This document shows, piece after piece, positions 59,746-64,000 of a stretch of 64,000 nucleotides of DNA (position 1 is its first letter; every line of letters starts with the position of its first letter). A model generated the notes under the pieces. That model made no database searches. It was not told where the DNA came from and saw only the letters and a program-made list of their open reading frames with translations. Location of the stretch: positions 4,650,001 through 4,714,000 of the forward strand of contig CATNEN010000034.1 of NCBI GenBank assembly GCA_950097015.1, written 5' to 3'. The DNA is from Macrostomum hystrix. Lineage: Eukaryota > Animalia > Platyhelminthes. The translations under genes and the position numbers were made by a program.

Positions 59746-61371
59746 TCTCATAGTTCATTCTCCATCAGATTTTTCTATTTTATCTGTCTCTCTCTTTTAT
59801 ATTATTCCAGTAGTTTTCTAGTTATTCCTATGCAGTTCTGTCAAGAACATAGGGTTTGCAAAGTGCTATGTAAGCAATGCTTTGCATTCTGGTTTAGAAT
59901 TTGCAAAAGTTTTTCTTTATACGAGTATTTAGGGGTTACAATGCAAAATCTCGGAGTGGGTATTACGTAATGTCTATTTCCAAGCATGTAAAACTACGAA
60001 ACACATAAATGAAGGTTATGTATAGGGCACATTGTGCCTCCAAACCCTCCCCACCCCCGCCAAACTCATTGATCCACGCCCAAAAAGCTTTCAGCCAGAC
60101 CGTCCGTCGGTCCCTGTCGGCGTCCACCGGCCCGGCTCCGGTTGCTTGAGTGAGGGCTGCTGAGTCACGCACTGGGCGCATGACCTATTCGTATGCTATA
60201 CGTGCAAAGGCGTGCTGTGGGGTATTGCTGGGTCCCGCCCCTCATCAGACCCCCCAGCGGTTACGTAACCCCATGGGTACACACATTTTCCTATACCGCG
60301 CAGACAGTAAATTAGAGATTAGGCCTATATAGTTAGACGAACAAGGCAGGATTTGGAAAACTGCTGCAAAATACTAGAGCGAGGATTTCGGTTGCGTAAT
60401 CGCCTGCCCGCCCAGAGGCCTCTTTGGACTAAAAGCTGCCTGGAGCCGGGCGGACTCGCAGGAAATGAGTGGCTTGAGAGGTGGGGCTTCAGTCTAAGGG
60501 ACTGGAAAGTGTTAGTCATCATCAGCAAGGCATGATCTAAGCTGCATGGGCTTCGGCTAGCAGCCCACGCGCACTCAACTCATTAGCTTTTTCTGGGGCC
60601 TGTGTGTTGCGTAATTTCTGTATGACTAATTGTCACATGCTGCCAGCTAGCTATAGCAGCAACTGACAATCCAAGGTCGGGTTTAGTTTTAGAAAGTAGA
60701 ACTGTTCGCCAATAAACAAAAATTAACGAACCAAAAAACTCGTCACTCGTCAAATATTATACGAGTACCATTCCCATTATCTAACTGATGCGTAAATGGG
60801 CAATCTATAGGATCAAGTGATTGTGTGCACGGAAACTTAAAAAATGAAATACGAGTTATAGTGTTCTCAGTGGAAACAACACGGCTCTGTGACTCATTTC
60901 TCTGCCGTTCTATTCCCAACCCTTACTCGTTCTTTATCAGCGAAAAAATACCACTTATATTTGTGCATGCTTTTGGAAAACTAAAATTAGAAGTTGGGCT
61001 ATCAAGGAGGTACGCCGCTCGTAATTGCTGGAATTTAGCAATCTGCTAATAGCTCGTATGACCTTTATAGATGACTTTATGCTCATGGCAGCTCAGTGTA
61101 ATACGAGTGCAACTGCGCCATGAGTCAGTGACACTGAGGATATTTTTTATTCAAGAAGTGGGTTGCCGTGAAAGAAAAGCGCTTCGACCCTCTCTTCATC
61201 GGGGTTCATAGCTGGGTAGATCGAGTACGGAGTTGTGTCCAAACAGTCCAACGACCTCTAAATAGCAAAAACTATGAGTATGTCAGCGTCATTGGTGACG
61301 AAACTAGGAGTGTGCCTGCGTCATTGGCGAAGAAGCTTGTAGGATGTCTGTGTCATTTTAAGGAAGCTAGA

Positions 61372-61700
61372 AGTAATGTCAGCGACATTGGTGGCGAAGT
61401 TAGAAGTAATGTCAGCGACATTGGTGGCGAAGTTAGAAGTAATGTCAGCATCATTGGTGGCGAAGTTAGAAGTAATGTCAGCGACATTGGTGGCGAAGTT
61501 AGAAGTAATGTCAGCGACATTGGTGGCGAAGTTAGAAGTAATGTCAGCATCATTGGTGACGAAGTTAGAAGTAATGTCAGCGACATTGGTGACGAAGTTA
61601 GAAGAAATGTCAGCATCATTATTGACGAAGCTAGAAATATGCTAGCGTCATTGTGACGAAGTATTTCAGCGTCATCGTGACGAAGCTAGAGGTATGTCAG
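61372..61700. repeat. 33-bp minisatellite
   Basis: Unit gaagttagaagtaatgtcagcgacattggtggc. Confidence 0.9.
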
Positions 61701-62060
61701 CGTCTTTGGTAACGAAGCTATGAAGGTGTTTTTGTGTAAGGCTGTCTCGACACTCCAGCTTTCCCTTAATTCGCTCATGCCTCGCAGATAAAAATTGTTG
61801 AACTCCAGAACTGGCTGCAGTGGACTCAGGTTGGCTCATTAAACTTGTGTCAAACAAAGTCCAGTTGCAGTCTGGTTGCACTAATATTTGTTGACTGTCA
61901 GCGCTGTTTACATTCCTGACCAGTTTGGGTTGGACTCTGTTCTGGGTGGGGTAAGGAAATTTCCAGATTGAAAAACTGAGTCGCCAGATTTTGCAGGTTC
62001 TCGAAATTCACAGGTTTTCTCTTTGTGAGCTAACAATCTCTGTTCCATTTCTGGGGGGGC

Positions 62061-63200
62061 AGTCTCCCCAATCCAGTCTCCCCAATCCAGTCTCCCTAAT
62101 CCAGTCTCCCTAATCCAGCTCCCCAATCCAGTCTCCCCAATCCAGTCTCCCCAATCCAGTCTCCCCAATCCAGTCTCCCCAATCCAGTCTCCCTAATCCA
62201 GCTCCCCAATCCAGTCTCCCTAATCCAGTCTCCCTAATCCAGCTCCCCAATCCAGTCTCCCTAATCCAGTCTCCCTAATCCAGCTCCCCAATCCAGTCTC
62301 CCCAATCCAGTCTCCCCAATCCAGTCTCCCTAATCCAGTCTCCCTAATCCAGCTCCCCAATCCAGTCTCCCCAATCCAGTCTCCCTAATCCAGTCTCCCT
62401 AATCCAGCTCCCCAATCCAGTCTCCCCAATCCAGTCTCCCTAATCCAGTCTCCCCAATCCAGTCTCCCCAATCCAGTCTCCCCAATCCAGTCTCCCCAAT
62501 CCAGTCTCCCTAATCCAGCTCCCCAATCCAGTCTCCCCAATCCAGTCTCCCTAATCCAGCTCCCCAATCCAGTCTCCCTAATCCAGTCTCCCTAATCCAG
62601 CTCCACAATCCAGTCTCCCCAATCCGGTCTCCCCAATCCAGTCTCCCCAATCCAGTCTCCCTAATCCAGTCTCCCTAATCCAGCTCCCCAATCCAGTCTC
62701 CCCAATCCAGTCTCCCTAATCCAGTCTCCCTAATCCAGCTCCCCAATCCAGTCTCCCCAATCCAGTCTCCCTAATCCAGTCTCCCTAATCCAGCTCCCCA
62801 ATCCAGTCTCCCCAATCCAGTCTCCCTAATCCAGCTCCCCAATCCAGTCTCCCCAATCCAGTCTCCCCAATCCAGTCTCCCTAATCCAGCTCCCCAATCC
62901 AGTCTCCCCAATCCAGTCTCCCCAATCCAGTCTCCCTAATCCAGTCTCCCCAATCCAGTCTCCCTAATCCAGCTCCCCAATCCAGTCTCCCCAATCCAGT
63001 CTCCCTAATCCAGCTCCCCAATCCAGTCTCCCCAATCCAGTCTCCCCAATCCAGTCTCCCTAATCCAGCTCCCCAATCCAGTCTCCCCAATCCAGTCTCC
63101 CTAATCCAGCTCCCCAATCCAGTCTCCCTAATCCAGTCTCCCCAATCCAGCTCCCTAATCCAGCTCCCCAATCCAGCTCCCAAATCCAGCTCCCTAATCC
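62061..63200. repeat. 13/14-bp minisatellite
   Basis: aatccagtctccc(c/t) and aatccagctcccc. Confidence 0.95.
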
Positions 63201-64000
63201 TGTCATTATAGAATTTTTTAAAGGAAAAATGACACATCTGTTTGACATGTTTTCTCGAAATTTTCCCAAAATATTCAAGTAATTGAGAAAGCTATGTATA
63301 GCAGCTACATATAGGTATTCACATAATTTGCTAGAGCAGTGCAGTTCAGGTTTTGCAGTTACTGCATGTGCAAGAATAATAAATAGAAAAAAATACATAG
63401 GGTATTGTCGTACCAAATCCAGGTGGGTCCTTGTTGTGAAGGAAAAAGACAAATCCAGAAAAAATGCCAATAAAGCAAGCACAATGAGAAGGTAATTGTC
63501 CCTTAGAGATTATCTCGTTTTTAATTGTCCCTTGGGCCTAGAGCCCAGTGTCTCTGACTAGCTGACTCAGATACCCAAACCATGAGGTAGGCACAGAGTG
63601 ACGGTAAAAGTGCTTCCGCAGTCTCCGCGGCCGATCTAAATTTAGAATAATTTGTCCCGCATGCATCCAGCTGCATTGGACAATCAAGTACTACAAGCCA
63701 GTCGCGTAAACACCCAATATGAACCTATTACTCATGTTCACCTGTTCACCTGTTTTCGCCTGGTTTGCACTCGAACAGTTTCTGGTGCGTACTGCATAAG
63801 CCTGTGAGTGTGCTCTGACCTACTATCTGAAGCTAAACTTTCTTATAAAATGTAAATGTCCTTAAGAATAATGACCTCGGATAAGTAAGTTTAACTGCTG
63901 ACTCACCCGCTGCAAGGCTAAGGGCTATCCTATTAATCTATAGCCATGCAGGGTCAAACCTGCAAACCTGTTTTGAAAGACCACTTTGTCTCGATACGTA

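Noticed and set aside
60050-60560. GC-rich promoter- or enhancer-like patch (GC box, TGAGTCA, TTACGTAA)
   Set aside because: Short motifs only, with no linked gene identifiable in the window.
61672-62050. Minus-strand exon-like segments beside the 13/14-bp array
   Set aside because: The implied intron is only about 30 nt and the peptides resemble nothing I recognise.
63423-63491. Possible 69-nt plus-strand exon (WVLVVKEKDKSRKN..)
   Set aside because: AG/GT-bounded and open, but isolated at the window edge with no recognisable product.

Overview
Intron-rich animal genomic DNA. The GC-rich poly-Ala/poly-Gln exons and the private minisatellite in nearly every large intron suggest a free-living flatworm such as Macrostomum, but this is inference. 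Four protein-coding genes can be rebuilt with GT-AG junctions that keep frame: (1) the 3' part (RRM2-RRM4) of a polypyrimidine-tract-binding protein gene (+, 9 exons, 333-7639), including a 34-nt exon equivalent to the vertebrate autoregulatory NMD exon; (2) IFT80 (-, 3 exons, 14493-9950); (3) the ARM-WWE-HECT E3 ligase TRIP12 (+, core 38406-45499), with candidate 5' exons spread over 15.4-30.8 kb; (4) a nuclear receptor with a ligand-binding domain, LxxLL-type boxes and a PLDLS motif but no zinc-finger DNA-binding domain, i.e. NR0B (DAX-1/SHP)-like (+, about 52203-55561). The rest is about 20 different minisatellites, a tRNA-derived SINE (one copy with a 12-bp TSD and an inverted pair), a hAT MITE with an 8-bp TSD nested in a foldback element, and a BEL/Pao integrase fragment trapped in a 34-bp satellite. 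Most long ORFs in the supplied track are satellite read-through artefacts. No rRNA, bona fide tRNA or CRISPR array was seen.
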